Shown one piece after another: positions 1-9,525 of a stretch of DNA of 64,000 nt. The DNA lies in NCBI GenBank assembly GCA_050251945.1, contig JBFWLW010000001.1:128001-192000 (forward strand). The letters run 5' to 3'. The translations under genes were made by a program, and so were the position numbers. The notes under the pieces are model-generated. The model worked only from the letters and a program-made list of their open reading frames with translations. It was not told the origin of the DNA and made no database searches. The stretch comes from Deferribacterales bacterium (GTDB lineage: Bacteria > Chrysiogenota > Deferribacteres > Deferribacterales > Geovibrionaceae). Each line of letters begins with the position of its first letter. Within the stretch, counting starts at the first letter, position 1.

Positions 1-14
1 ATAAACTTGTTTTT

Positions 15-49
15 GCCTCCGCGAGGAGTGTCCGTAAGGACACGATCTC
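15..49 (+). repeat. Degenerate copy of the dispersed palindromic unit (GTCTTCGCGAGG...GCGATCTC family)
   Basis: GCCTCCGCGAGGAGTGTCCGTAAGGACACGATCTC resembles GTCTTCGCGAGGAGCGCATGCGACGACGCGATCTC at 59328; internal hairpin GTGTCC-GTAA-GGACAC. Confidence 0.5.
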
Positions 50-127
50 AATTTTTATAATCTGTTCGCGCTTCACTCCTTGCTTTTATCCAGTTTTTCT
101 GTATAGTCCTATCTCCGGAGATTAAAG

Positions 128-1312
128 ATGAAATTTGATAAAAAAAGCGAAATACTTATTACCTGTCCTAAAGAGATACCTCAATATCTGGAAAAGGAAC
201 TGAAAGAACTGGGTTTTCCCGTAATTTACACCAGAAAAGCAGCCGTTGCCACCGAAGGAACCCTTAACGACTGCATCTTTCTGAACATGCATATACGCAC
301 AGGACACCGTGTGCTCTGGTGTCTTGATAAATACAGAATCCAAAACCCCGACGTGCTTTACAAGAACGGACGCAAACTGCCATGGGAAGAAATTATTCCC
401 CAGAAAGGCTATTTCAGCGTTTCCGCTTCCGTTCTCAACGACACGATAAAGGATACGAGATTCGCTTCATACAAGCTTAAAGATGCAATTGTTGACCGTA
501 TGCGCGAGAAAACCGGAAACAGACCGGATTCGGGACCGATGGAAGACAAGACAGTCATATTCCTTTACTGGAAAGAGAACGACTGTGCAGTTTATCTGGA
601 CACGTCCGGCGAACCGCTTTCAAGGCGCGGATACAGAACCAACCCTAATAAGGCACCCATGCAGGAAACACTTGCTGCGGCAGTTCTTATGGCTGCGGGA
701 TACGACGGCTCGACCCCGTTCGTTAACCCCATGTGCGGAAGCGGAACAATCAGTATAGAGGCCGCCATGATGGCTACCAATACGCCATCAGGAGCCTACA
801 GAAAGAACTTCGGTTTCATGCACATTGTCGGATACGATCCTAAAGAATACGAAAAAATACGCACAAAGGCGATGGACGGCGTTCGTAAAAAACCTGATAT
901 TAAGATTCAGGCTTCGGATATCAGCCGCGATGCTATCATTGCCGCGCAGACCAATATTAAGAACGCGGGTTTTGAAAACCAAATACACGTTCAGCGCTGT
1001 GATTTCAGAGAAAGCCACCTGCCGAAGAACGGTAACTTCATTCTTGTGGTGAACCCGGAGTACGGTATGCGTCTCGGCGACAAGCAGGCGCTTGAACCTA
1101 TATACGAAGCCCTCGGCGACTTCTTTAAGCAGAAGTGCAAGGGCAGCAGATGCTTTATATTCACCGGAAACCCCGACCTTGCCAAAAAGGTGGGACTGAA
1201 AGCATCCCGCAGACATGTTTTCCATAACTCAAACATCGAATGCCGCCTTCTGGAATACGAGATGTATGAGGGAACCAAAAGAATCAAGGAAGAAAATGAA
1301 GCATCAGGATAA
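128..1312 (+). CDS. rlmL: THUMP-domain 23S rRNA m2G methyltransferase (RlmL-like)
   Basis: THUMP region, LDTSGEPLSRRGYR, APMQETLAAA, NPMCGSGTISIEAA, NPEYG motifs. Confidence 0.8.
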   Translation: MKFDKKSEILITCPKEIPQYLEKELKELGFPVIYTRKAAVATEGTLNDCIFLNMHIRTGHRVLWCLDKYRIQNPDVLYKNGRKLPWEEIIPQKGYFSVSASVLNDTIKDTRFASYKLKDAIVDRMREKTGNRPDSGPMEDKTVIFLYWKENDCAVYLDTSGEPLSRRGYRTNPNKAPMQETLAAAVLMAAGYDGSTPFVNPMCGSGTISIEAAMMATNTPSGAYRKNFGFMHIVGYDPKEYEKIRTKAMDGVRKKPDIKIQASDISRDAIIAAQTNIKNAGFENQIHVQRCDFRESHLPKNGNFILVVNPEYGMRLGDKQALEPIYEALGDFFKQKCKGSRCFIFTGNPDLAKKVGLKASRRHVFHNSNIECRLLEYEMYEGTKRIKEENEASG

Positions 1313-1318
1313 AAACCA

Positions 1319-1384
1319 GTCTTTGCGAGGAGTCCTGACGACGAAGCAATCTCTCAGACTGCTTCACCTTTGGTTCGCAGAGAC
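1319..1384. repeat. Inverted pair of REP-like palindromic units
   Basis: GTCTTTGCGA...GAAGCAATCT-ctc-AGACTGCTTC...TCGCAGAGAC forms a long hairpin; same unit recurs at 22.9, 27.9, 49.5 and 59.3 kb. Confidence 0.8.
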
Positions 1385-1475
1385 GGGTATATGCCTTCTC
1401 AAACATATGGCGGCAGGTCTGGCAATTCAGTTAAAAAACTGCTATAATATACAAAATATTATATAGGCGGTTGTT

Positions 1476-1694
1476 ATGCTCTGGACAGGTTCAATACTGT
1501 TTCTCATCTCTATTCTGCTCGGGTTTAAATTCAAATTCTTCCAGCTCGTGGCGCTTGTGATAGTGCTGATATATGTCATCCTTGTTCCCTATTATTTCCT
1601 TGTTATGAAGACATGCCGCAACTGCGGTCAGAAGAATCCTCCGCTTCGCAAGAAATGCTCGTGCTGCGGTGAGGAGAACTGGAAACAGCGCTGA
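1476..1694 (+). CDS. Small membrane protein with C-terminal zinc ribbon
   Basis: Two hydrophobic helices then CRNC...CSCC; AGGCGG upstream. Confidence 0.65.
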   Translation: MLWTGSILFLISILLGFKFKFFQLVALVIVLIYVILVPYYFLVMKTCRNCGQKNPPLRKKCSCCGEENWKQR

Positions 1695-1735
1695 AAATCG
1701 GTTGACCTCTTATGTGCGCGGGACTACAATCCCGG

Positions 1736-4549
1736 ATGCATAATGTTGAGAATATCGTCAGCTATATCAAACAATCCCGTTTCGGCGAATATGTCTGTTT
1801 TAACAAGATTTTTGACGCGAAAGAGGCGGAAACGGTACCGCTTGGCATAATAAAATCGGGCATAATACGCGATGCACTTTCCGACACGGGCATTGGATCT
1901 TTATATACTCATCAGGCGGAGAGTTATGAAGCTGTGCGCCGTGGCGAGAACGTACTTATCACCACGCCGACGGCATCGGGCAAATCGCTGTGCTATAACC
2001 TTCCCGTAATAGAAGATATTTACCACAACAGAAACATTACCGCTCTTTATCTTTTTCCCCTTAAAGCGCTGGGCAGAGACCAGATGCGCAGTATGGACAA
2101 TTTTTTAAGCCATATCCCTTTGGGGGCGGGAATAAAAACTGCGGTGGTTGACGGCGATACCGACAAGAAACTGCGCCGCAAGATACAGAAGGACAGACCG
2201 AACATAATATTCAGCAACCCCGATATCATCCACTATTCGGTTCTGCCGAAAAGAGACGAGTGGAGCGATTTTCTTTCGGGTCTTAAATACATAATAGTGG
2301 ACGAACTGCACACCTACCGCGGCGTGTTCGGCAACCACGTCTATAATCTGTTTGCGCGGTTCATGCGCCTTTTCCCTGATGTACAGATAATTTCCTGTTC
2401 CGCCACAATCGGCAACCCGCTGGAACTTGCGGAAACGATGTTCGGGCGGAAATTCACACATATAGACAAGAACGGCGCACCACAGGGCAGGCGGCATTTC
2501 ATGATGATAAGCCCTGACATACCGCTTGTGACCATGAGCAGTTTTCTGCTGAAAACCAACATAGAATCAGGACTTAAGACCATCTGTTTCACCAAATCCA
2601 GAAAGCAGACCGAACGGATATTCGCGAATCTTCTGAACGCCGATGCAGGATATGCGAAGACAGTTTCATCTTACAGAGCCGGCTTCCTTCCGGAAGAGCG
2701 CAGGGAAATAGAGAAAGACCTCGCTGAGGGGCGGTTGAAGGCGGTTGTTTCGACGTCTGCGTTTGAATTGGGTATCGACATAGGCGGCGTGGACTGCACG
2801 CTTCTGGCGGGCTATCCGGGGTCTCTGATGAGTCTTTGGCAGAGAGCGGGCAGGAGCGGACGGCGCGGAACGGACAGCCTGATAATCATGATAGCGGGTA
2901 ACGACGCTCTTGATCAATATTATGTCAAGCATCCCGAAAAGCTCTATGAATCGGCTTTTGAGAATGTCGTGCTTGATACGGAGAACGAAAACGTGAACAA
3001 GGCGCACATCAAATGCGCTGCGTATGAAAAGCCGATATCCGTTCATGAGGGATATTACGCAAAGAACCGCATACAGATAGATAAAATGGCGCTTGAGAGC
3101 AGTCTGTTTGTCAACGGCGAAGGGACGGAGTTCTTTACGCTGGCGAAATACCCGTATATGGAGGTTGACCTCCGCATGTCCGGCGACAGCTATACCATCC
3201 ACTGCAACAACACACTGATAGCTACAGCATCTGGCAGGCGCGCCTATATGGAAAATTTTGAGGGCGCGATATACATGCACCGCGGCAACAACTTTATAAT
3301 CAAAACCGTGGATAAGGCAAAGCGTGAGATACACGCGGAGCCGTTCAGAGGAAACTATTACACCATGCCAAACAGCGTTAAGCAGACCATGGTGGAGAAG
3401 ACTATAAGAGAAACCGTGCGGAATGGGATCAGTGCCTGTTTCTGCGGACTTAAGGTAACGGAACAACTGGTGGGCTTTTCAAAGATATCCACCCGCACAG
3501 GTGAAAAGATAGCCGATACGGAGCTTGAAGAGGTTCCGATACAGTTTGCGACCAAAGGACTTTATGTTCTTGTTCCTGATGCGGTGAAGCGTTCCGTTGA
3601 GGATGCCGGATGTAATTTCATGGGCAGTATACATGCATTTGAACATGCTATGATATCCGTGATACCGACCTTTTGTCTGGCGGCGCGAGACGATGTCGGG
3701 GGGATTTCCTATCCGTTCCATCCGCAGCTGCAGAGTTCCGCAGTTTTCATGTATGACGGCTACCCGGGCGGTATAGGTATAAACGAGCGGGTTTTTTCAA
3801 TCATAGACAAACTGATTGAACGAACTGTTGAGCTGGTGCGTGGCTGCGACTGCGAAAGCGGATGTCCGGCGTGCATCTATTCACCGAAATGCGGCAGCGG
3901 GAACTATCCGCTGGATAAGCAGGGTGCGGTGCATATCATGGATATGCTTTTGAAAGGCGGATTTGAAACTAAAAATACGGAGATTGCCGAAATGCCGAGA
4001 ACTGACACACTTGTATACGATATAGAGACGCAACGTTCCGCAGAAGACGTAGGCGGGTGGAAGAATGCCGACAGAATGGGCATATCGGTTGCCGTTATCT
4101 ATTCGTTTGAAAAGGACGAATACGAAACATACACCGAAGGACAGGAAGAGGCGTTCATACAGCGGCTTGAGGGTGCTAAGATAATTATCGGTTTCAACAA
4201 TATAGGCTTCGACAACAAGGTCATAACCGGATACAGAAAGCCCGACTTCACCAAAACCATAGTATTCGATATGCTGGCTGACGTGCTGAACTCCACCGGA
4301 CGCAGGTTTTCTCTGGATAACCTTGCGGGTGCATCCATTGGTGCGCAGAAAAGCGCGGACGGGTTACAGGCTCTGGAATGGTACAAAGAGGGCAGGATAG
4401 ACCTGATAGCTGAATACTGCAAAAAGGACGTTGAGGTAACAAAAAACCTCCTGCTCCACGGAATGGAGGGAGGTTTTATTAACGCTGTTCTCAAAGAGGG
4501 TGCGGTTATCCGCATCCCCGTAAGCTGGGAGACGTTAAGACGTCTTTAA
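1736..4549 (+). CDS. DEAD/DEAH-box helicase with DUF1998 Zn domain (MrfA/YprA-like) fused to a C-terminal DEDD exonuclease (RNase_H_2/MrfB-like)
   Basis: TPTASGKS, DELH, SAT, QRAGRSGR; CDCESGCPAC; then YDIET...GFN..GFD...YCKKDV. Start could be 1712. Confidence 0.85.
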   Translation: MHNVENIVSYIKQSRFGEYVCFNKIFDAKEAETVPLGIIKSGIIRDALSDTGIGSLYTHQAESYEAVRRGENVLITTPTASGKSLCYNLPVIEDIYHNRNITALYLFPLKALGRDQMRSMDNFLSHIPLGAGIKTAVVDGDTDKKLRRKIQKDRPNIIFSNPDIIHYSVLPKRDEWSDFLSGLKYIIVDELHTYRGVFGNHVYNLFARFMRLFPDVQIISCSATIGNPLELAETMFGRKFTHIDKNGAPQGRRHFMMISPDIPLVTMSSFLLKTNIESGLKTICFTKSRKQTERIFANLLNADAGYAKTVSSYRAGFLPEERREIEKDLAEGRLKAVVSTSAFELGIDIGGVDCTLLAGYPGSLMSLWQRAGRSGRRGTDSLIIMIAGNDALDQYYVKHPEKLYESAFENVVLDTENENVNKAHIKCAAYEKPISVHEGYYAKNRIQIDKMALESSLFVNGEGTEFFTLAKYPYMEVDLRMSGDSYTIHCNNTLIATASGRRAYMENFEGAIYMHRGNNFIIKTVDKAKREIHAEPFRGNYYTMPNSVKQTMVEKTIRETVRNGISACFCGLKVTEQLVGFSKISTRTGEKIADTELEEVPIQFATKGLYVLVPDAVKRSVEDAGCNFMGSIHAFEHAMISVIPTFCLAARDDVGGISYPFHPQLQSSAVFMYDGYPGGIGINERVFSIIDKLIERTVELVRGCDCESGCPACIYSPKCGSGNYPLDKQGAVHIMDMLLKGGFETKNTEIAEMPRTDTLVYDIETQRSAEDVGGWKNADRMGISVAVIYSFEKDEYETYTEGQEEAFIQRLEGAKIIIGFNNIGFDNKVITGYRKPDFTKTIVFDMLADVLNSTGRRFSLDNLAGASIGAQKSADGLQALEWYKEGRIDLIAEYCKKDVEVTKNLLLHGMEGGFINAVLKEGAVIRIPVSWETLRRL

Positions 4550-6202
4550 TCCCTTCTCTTTGCTGAAAACCATTACCTGTGCGATGTTGTAAACGTGGTC
4601 GGCTGCCTTTTCAAGGTTGTTCACGATGTCTACGAAAAGAAGCCCTGAGTTAATGTTGCATTTGCCTTCGTTCAGCCTGTGCATGTGATTGTTCTTGAAT
4701 TTTTTGCGCAGACTGTCCACAAGCTCCTCATCGTTGAGGTCTATCTCCTTTATGTCCTCGTCCGTTCCGTAGTGTGCGATAGTTGCCACTGCGAACCTTT
4801 CAACTACGTCGAACATATATTTTATCTCTCGGTCTGCCTCGTCTGAGAACTCCATCTCCTTGCGGATGAGTTTATCTGTGAAACGGGCTATGTTGTCCGC
4901 GTTGTCGCCAAGTTTTTCAAGGTTTTGTATAACGTGTGTGAGTTCGTCGATTGTTTTTGCTGTGGATGCGCTGATGTTTTGTCTGGAGAGCTGTGAGAGG
5001 AATCCGGCAAATTCTTTTTCATACTGATCGAGCTTAAACTCCATAATCTTTATGTCCGTCAGCTTCGAGATTTTCGTGTTGTAGGACTCTCTGGAAAGGC
5101 TGAGCATCTCAAGAGAAATCTTTGACATGTTAACAACCTCTTTCTTTGCCTGCGCAACGGCGATGGAGGGTGTTTTAAGCATATTCGCATCCAGACGGAG
5201 CATTTTCGTCAGAGTGTTATCCTCCGGCTTTATGATGCGCTCGCAGAGCTTTGCGATGAGCGGCAGGAAGGGGAGGAACACTATAGTGTTTATAATGTTG
5301 AACGATGTGTGGATGTTCGCAATGTGTCTTGCCATGTATGGTTTTGAACCGTCAGCGGCAATAAAATCGACCGCACCCGGGGTTAAATAGTCTACAATAT
5401 GTATCAGGAACGGAAGCAGGATAAGCATGTAACACACGCCTATAAAGTTGAACAGGAAATGACCCAGAGCTGCCTGTTTTGCCGTTCGGTTTGCACCGAT
5501 GGCTGCAAGGTTTGCAGTGATGGTTGTTCCTATGTTTTCGCCCATAACAAGGGCTGCCGCGGCTGTGAAATCAAGTATCCCCGTGCTTGCCAGCGCAATG
5601 GTTATACCTACGGTGGCGGAACTGCTCTGCACTATCATGGTGAGAACCGCACCCGCAATGCAGGCTATTATGGGGTTTTTGCCGAAGAAGACGAACATGT
5701 CCACGAATCCCTGCATTTCGCGCAGAGGCACGAATGATTTGGTCATGGTTTCCATTCCGAAGAAGAGAAGACCGAAGCCGAGAATTATTTCGCCGTAATA
5801 TTTAAGCTTTGAGTTTGAACTGAACATTGCCAGCACAACGCCGATACCGATGCATGGCATGGCAAGTGCAGTAACCTTGAAAGCTATCAACTGCGCTGTT
5901 ATGGTTGTGCCTATGTTAGCGCCGAAGACAACACTGAGCGCCTGCATAAGGTTCATCAGTCCCGCGTTTACAAAACCGACTACCATAACTGTTGTTGCTG
6001 ATGAACTTTGAATTACTACCGTTACGGCAGTACCCACAAGGGTGCCTATGAATCTGTTTGAAGTGAATTTCTCGATGATGCTTTTAAGACCTTCGCCCGC
6101 GCTCTTCTGAAGCCCTTCCGACATGAGCTTCATACCAAACAGGAACATACCCAGTCCGCCCATCGTGCCGAACAGGATTTCCACCCATAGGGAGTCAAAC
6201 AT
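4535..6202 (-). CDS. Na+/Pi cotransporter (NptA family) with C-terminal PhoU-like domains
   Basis: Two QSSSAT repeats, GANIGTT/GENIGTT, C-terminal LEKLGD and LEKAADH helices. Confidence 0.9.
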   Translation of the reverse strand: MFDSLWVEILFGTMGGLGMFLFGMKLMSEGLQKSAGEGLKSIIEKFTSNRFIGTLVGTAVTVVIQSSSATTVMVVGFVNAGLMNLMQALSVVFGANIGTTITAQLIAFKVTALAMPCIGIGVVLAMFSSNSKLKYYGEIILGFGLLFFGMETMTKSFVPLREMQGFVDMFVFFGKNPIIACIAGAVLTMIVQSSSATVGITIALASTGILDFTAAAALVMGENIGTTITANLAAIGANRTAKQAALGHFLFNFIGVCYMLILLPFLIHIVDYLTPGAVDFIAADGSKPYMARHIANIHTSFNIINTIVFLPFLPLIAKLCERIIKPEDNTLTKMLRLDANMLKTPSIAVAQAKKEVVNMSKISLEMLSLSRESYNTKISKLTDIKIMEFKLDQYEKEFAGFLSQLSRQNISASTAKTIDELTHVIQNLEKLGDNADNIARFTDKLIRKEMEFSDEADREIKYMFDVVERFAVATIAHYGTDEDIKEIDLNDEELVDSLRKKFKNNHMHRLNEGKCNINSGLLFVDIVNNLEKAADHVYNIAQVMVFSKEKGLKTS

Positions 6203-6245
6203 ATGCCACCGCCACTGTTTTATAATCAGCGACAGGATACAGAAC

Positions 6246-6283
6246 TGTTAAAAAAATGCAAGACAAAAGTCAGAAAAATGTAA
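6246..6283 (-). promoter_or_regulatory. Putative PHO-box array upstream of the Na/Pi cotransporter
   Basis: TGTTA/TGCAA/AGTCA/TGTAA at 6246, 6257, 6268, 6279 (11-bp period); candidate -10 TATCCT just downstream on the minus strand. Confidence 0.6.
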
Positions 6284-6301
6284 TGTTAAATTTTTGTCAA
6301 A

Positions 6302-8020
6302 TCAGGCATTATCCTGATTTTTCTCCTTTTCTTCAAGGACTACCGTGAACGTATTACCGTTTTTCTTATTGGTTTTAACGAACACTTTTCCGTCGTAAAG
6401 GGTGACAATGTGCTTAACTATGGAAAGCCCCAGACCTGTGCCTGTTGAGTTCTGGTTTTTTGACTTGTCCATGGTGTAAAAGCGCTCGAATATTCTCTGC
6501 TGTTCTTCAACAGGGATGGCGGGACCTTCGTCCTCAACTTTAAGGGTTATTTTATTGTCAGACTGTTCGAGACTGACGGAAATATTGTCCCCTGTGGAAT
6601 ACTTAACTGCGTTGTCAACCAGATTGGTCACGACGCTCATCAGGTGTTCACGCAGGATATAAACTTCCGTTGCGTTGGATTCAAATGAAATATTTTGAGG
6701 TCTGTCGCTGTAATAAGCCTCTATCTCTTCCTTGAGCTCGGCTAAGTTTGTCGGCTCCTCAAGATTTATCTCTTCGCGGAGCATTTCAAGCCTGTGGAGT
6801 TTGAGTATGTCGTTTATAAGCAGGTTCAGCCTGTTTGAACTGCTGTATATGATGTTGATGAATTTATCGTGGAACTTCTTATCCATGTCCGGGTCGTTCA
6901 TGATGGTCTCTGAATACCCCATGATCATTGCCAGCGGAGTTTTAAGCTCGTGGGTAATGTTGCCTATCAGTTCGGTTTTAAACTGCTCATATTCGGCTCT
7001 TTCGGTTATATCGAAGAAGGCGACGAGTTTTTCATTGTCATAAACTCTGATGTATACTTCGTAAATACGTCCTCTGAGGCTTTTTTGCGTTCTTTTGGAG
7101 TCTGTAGTGGTCAGCACGTCCGTAAGGAAGGAGAGCGCCTCCATATCGTTTGTCTGTTTGATAACGTTCTGACCCTCTTTAAGGTTGAAACCGAGGTATT
7201 GCGATGCGCGCTGGTTAAAGTGCAGAACCGCGTCTTTGTTGTCCAGAAGGATTATGCCCTCTTCAAGTATGCCGAAGATGTGGTTGAGCTTCTGTTTTTC
7301 GTGTTCAAGCTGTTTTGTCTTCTGGTGCATGGAATTGTATATCCGATAGATAACGCTTACCAGTTTTGTAAGTGTTTTGTCGCTGAAAGAGGGGAAGTAT
7401 ACTTTCGTTTCGCCCGCCTCAATTCTGTCGGCAACCAGTGAAAGCTGATGTATCGGGTTGCTTATGCGTCTTGCCAGATAGAGCGAGATGAGCCCCACTG
7501 TGATGAACAGAAAAATATATATTGTTACGTTCTGCTTGATAAGTCTTTCCTGAATAGCTGCGATGTCAGCCATGGGGTATGATATGCGCAAAACGATTCC
7601 GGCGTTGTATTTAACGGCGTAGTAGTTCATTGCCTCTTCGGTGGTGGAGCTTCTTCTTATGGAACTGCCGCTGCCTCTCTCGAATGCTTCGATAACTTCG
7701 GGTCTTTCGGCGTGGTTTTCCATCTTCTTAACGTGCGCGAGGTCGTAGTAAGAATCGTCAACGACTGTACCGTCTTTTCTGATCACGGTGACACGGATAT
7801 TTGTATTCTTTGAAAGCTCGGCAAGTTTTTCATGTACCTGCGGGTCAAACTCTTCCGTGAAGTGATAACCTTTCAGTATCTCCGCTTTATTTTCCATTTC
7901 AGCGTTGAATTTAGCTGATTCCGCCTGAAGCGTTACTTTGTTGCTCACCTTCCAGCCGATGCCGAGAAGTATGGCAACGGGGATGTAAATTATCAGAAAT
8001 ACTTTAAGGTATGATCTCAT
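6302..8020 (-). CDS. phoR: Phosphate regulon sensor histidine kinase
   Basis: Two TM helices, HAMP, PAS-like region, HELKTPL H-box, NLVDNAVKY, GTGLGLSIVKH; follows phoB and phoU. Confidence 0.85.
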   Translation of the reverse strand: MRSYLKVFLIIYIPVAILLGIGWKVSNKVTLQAESAKFNAEMENKAEILKGYHFTEEFDPQVHEKLAELSKNTNIRVTVIRKDGTVVDDSYYDLAHVKKMENHAERPEVIEAFERGSGSSIRRSSTTEEAMNYYAVKYNAGIVLRISYPMADIAAIQERLIKQNVTIYIFLFITVGLISLYLARRISNPIHQLSLVADRIEAGETKVYFPSFSDKTLTKLVSVIYRIYNSMHQKTKQLEHEKQKLNHIFGILEEGIILLDNKDAVLHFNQRASQYLGFNLKEGQNVIKQTNDMEALSFLTDVLTTTDSKRTQKSLRGRIYEVYIRVYDNEKLVAFFDITERAEYEQFKTELIGNITHELKTPLAMIMGYSETIMNDPDMDKKFHDKFINIIYSSSNRLNLLINDILKLHRLEMLREEINLEEPTNLAELKEEIEAYYSDRPQNISFESNATEVYILREHLMSVVTNLVDNAVKYSTGDNISVSLEQSDNKITLKVEDEGPAIPVEEQQRIFERFYTMDKSKNQNSTGTGLGLSIVKHIVTLYDGKVFVKTNKKNGNTFTVVLEEKEKNQDNA

Positions 8021-8688
8021 ATGTCTGCTCTGTATCCTATTTTCGGTACTGATTTAATAAATGTGCCTCTGTCGCCCAGTTTTTTGCGGAGAGATGAAAC
8101 GTGTGTGTCCACTGTTCTTGTGTACACATCCGATTCATATCCCCAGACTGCGTTGAGTATCTGGTTTCTTGTAAAAACCCTCTTGGGGTGTTTCAGAAGC
8201 ATTAGGAGGAGTTCGTATTCCTTATTGGTAAGGCTCACGTCCTCTCCGTCAACTGTAACCGTATAGTTGCCTGTGTCAATGTTTATTCCGTTGATGGATA
8301 TCACTTTTGACTTTATGGCGGGGTTTCTGCGCAGTATAGCGTTTATCTTTGCGATAAGGATTTTGATGCTGAACGGTTTTGTGAGGTAGTCGTCCGCACC
8401 CATCTCAAGCCCGTTTATGATATCCTGCTCGGTGTTCTTTGCCGAGATGATGATTATCGGTACGCCTGAGAATTTTTTGTTGTTGCGGACTATCTGCAGA
8501 AACTGCATCCCTTTAAGCCCCGGGAGCATCAGGTCAAGGAGAATAATATCCACGTCGTTGTTCTCAAGGTGGATAAGACCTTCGTTCGCGTTGTCAAAGC
8601 AGATGGTTTCGCAGTTTTCCTTTGAAAGATTGTAGGAGATAAGATCCCTTATCTCTTCGTGGTCTTCAATGACAAGAACTTTTATCAT
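8017..8688 (-). CDS. phoB: OmpR/PhoB-family response regulator
   Basis: LLDLMLPG receiver, GADDYLTKPF, winged helix RTVDTHVSSLRKKLG; operon context. Confidence 0.85.
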   Translation of the reverse strand: MIKVLVIEDHEEIRDLISYNLSKENCETICFDNANEGLIHLENNDVDIILLDLMLPGLKGMQFLQIVRNNKKFSGVPIIIISAKNTEQDIINGLEMGADDYLTKPFSIKILIAKINAILRRNPAIKSKVISINGINIDTGNYTVTVDGEDVSLTNKEYELLLMLLKHPKRVFTRNQILNAVWGYESDVYTRTVDTHVSSLRKKLGDRGTFIKSVPKIGYRADI

Positions 8689-9365
8689 GCTTCCTCCTCT
8701 TCGATATCAATTACCGTGTGGCGGATTATTTTGCCTTCGACCATATAGTAGACCATCTCGGCGATGTTCGTTGCGTGATCGGCTATTCTTTCCAGTCTGC
8801 GGGAGATGTTAAGCAGTGCAAGCACTGTGTGCAGTTTGCTGACATCTTCCATTGTATATGTAAGAAGCTCTCTCATTACCTGATCATGGAGCTGGTCTAT
8901 CATATCGTCGCGCTTAATGACCTCAAATGCCGTTTTAGTGTCGGAGTTAAAGAACGCTTCCAGCGCGTCGTGTATCATGCCTGTGGCGATGTCCGCCATC
9001 TTGGGTATGTCTATGTAGGGTTTAAGCTGTGTCTGTTCGGAAAGCCTTATGGACTCGCGGCAAATGCTGACCGCGTGGTCGCCGACACGCTCGATGTCGG
9101 TGATTATACGGGTTGCCGTTATGATATATCTGAGGTCTACCGCTTTCGGCTCAAAAAGCGCCAGCATCTTTACACAGTGTTCGTCGATGTCAACGTCCAG
9201 CCTGTCGAGCCTTTCGTCTGTTTCAATGACGGAAAGGGCAAGTTCCTGATCACGGTTCACAAGCGATTTTATGGATTCCGCAACCATTTTTGTGGCTGTG
9301 GTCGCCATTTCCGCGAGCATACCTTTGAGCTGGATGTATTCTTTTTCGTGTCTGAATGCTGTCAT
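8685..9365 (-). CDS. phoU: Phosphate signalling protein PhoU
   Basis: Two PhoU repeats, DIERVGDHA and LERIADHATNIAE. Confidence 0.92.
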   Translation of the reverse strand: MTAFRHEKEYIQLKGMLAEMATTATKMVAESIKSLVNRDQELALSVIETDERLDRLDVDIDEHCVKMLALFEPKAVDLRYIITATRIITDIERVGDHAVSICRESIRLSEQTQLKPYIDIPKMADIATGMIHDALEAFFNSDTKTAFEVIKRDDMIDQLHDQVMRELLTYTMEDVSKLHTVLALLNISRRLERIADHATNIAEMVYYMVEGKIIRHTVIDIEEEEA

Positions 9366-9471
9366 ATCTTTTCACCTCATTAATGCCGAAGGTGTTTTTT
9401 ATTAATGCAAGTATAACACCAATATCTGTAAAATTAACATGTTCGGCTTCTGCACAACAATAATTAAGTTG

Positions 9472-9509
9472 TGTAAGATGTCTGTGAAACTAATGTCAAA
9501 GAAATGTAA
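9472..9509 (-). promoter_or_regulatory. Putative PHO-box array upstream of phoU
   Basis: TGTAA/TGTGA/TGTCA/TGTAA at 9472, 9483, 9494, 9505 (exact 11-bp period). Confidence 0.7.
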
Positions 9510-9525
9510 AATTATTGATTATGTG

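Noticed and set aside
1215..1466. 83-aa ORF spanning the rlmL end
   Set aside because: Chance read-through of the palindromic repeat; overlaps rlmL out of frame.
1736..4549. DUF1998 helicase as part of DISARM or Druantia defence
   Set aside because: No partner methylase, SNF2 or phospholipase D genes; neighbours are housekeeping; architecture fits MrfA.
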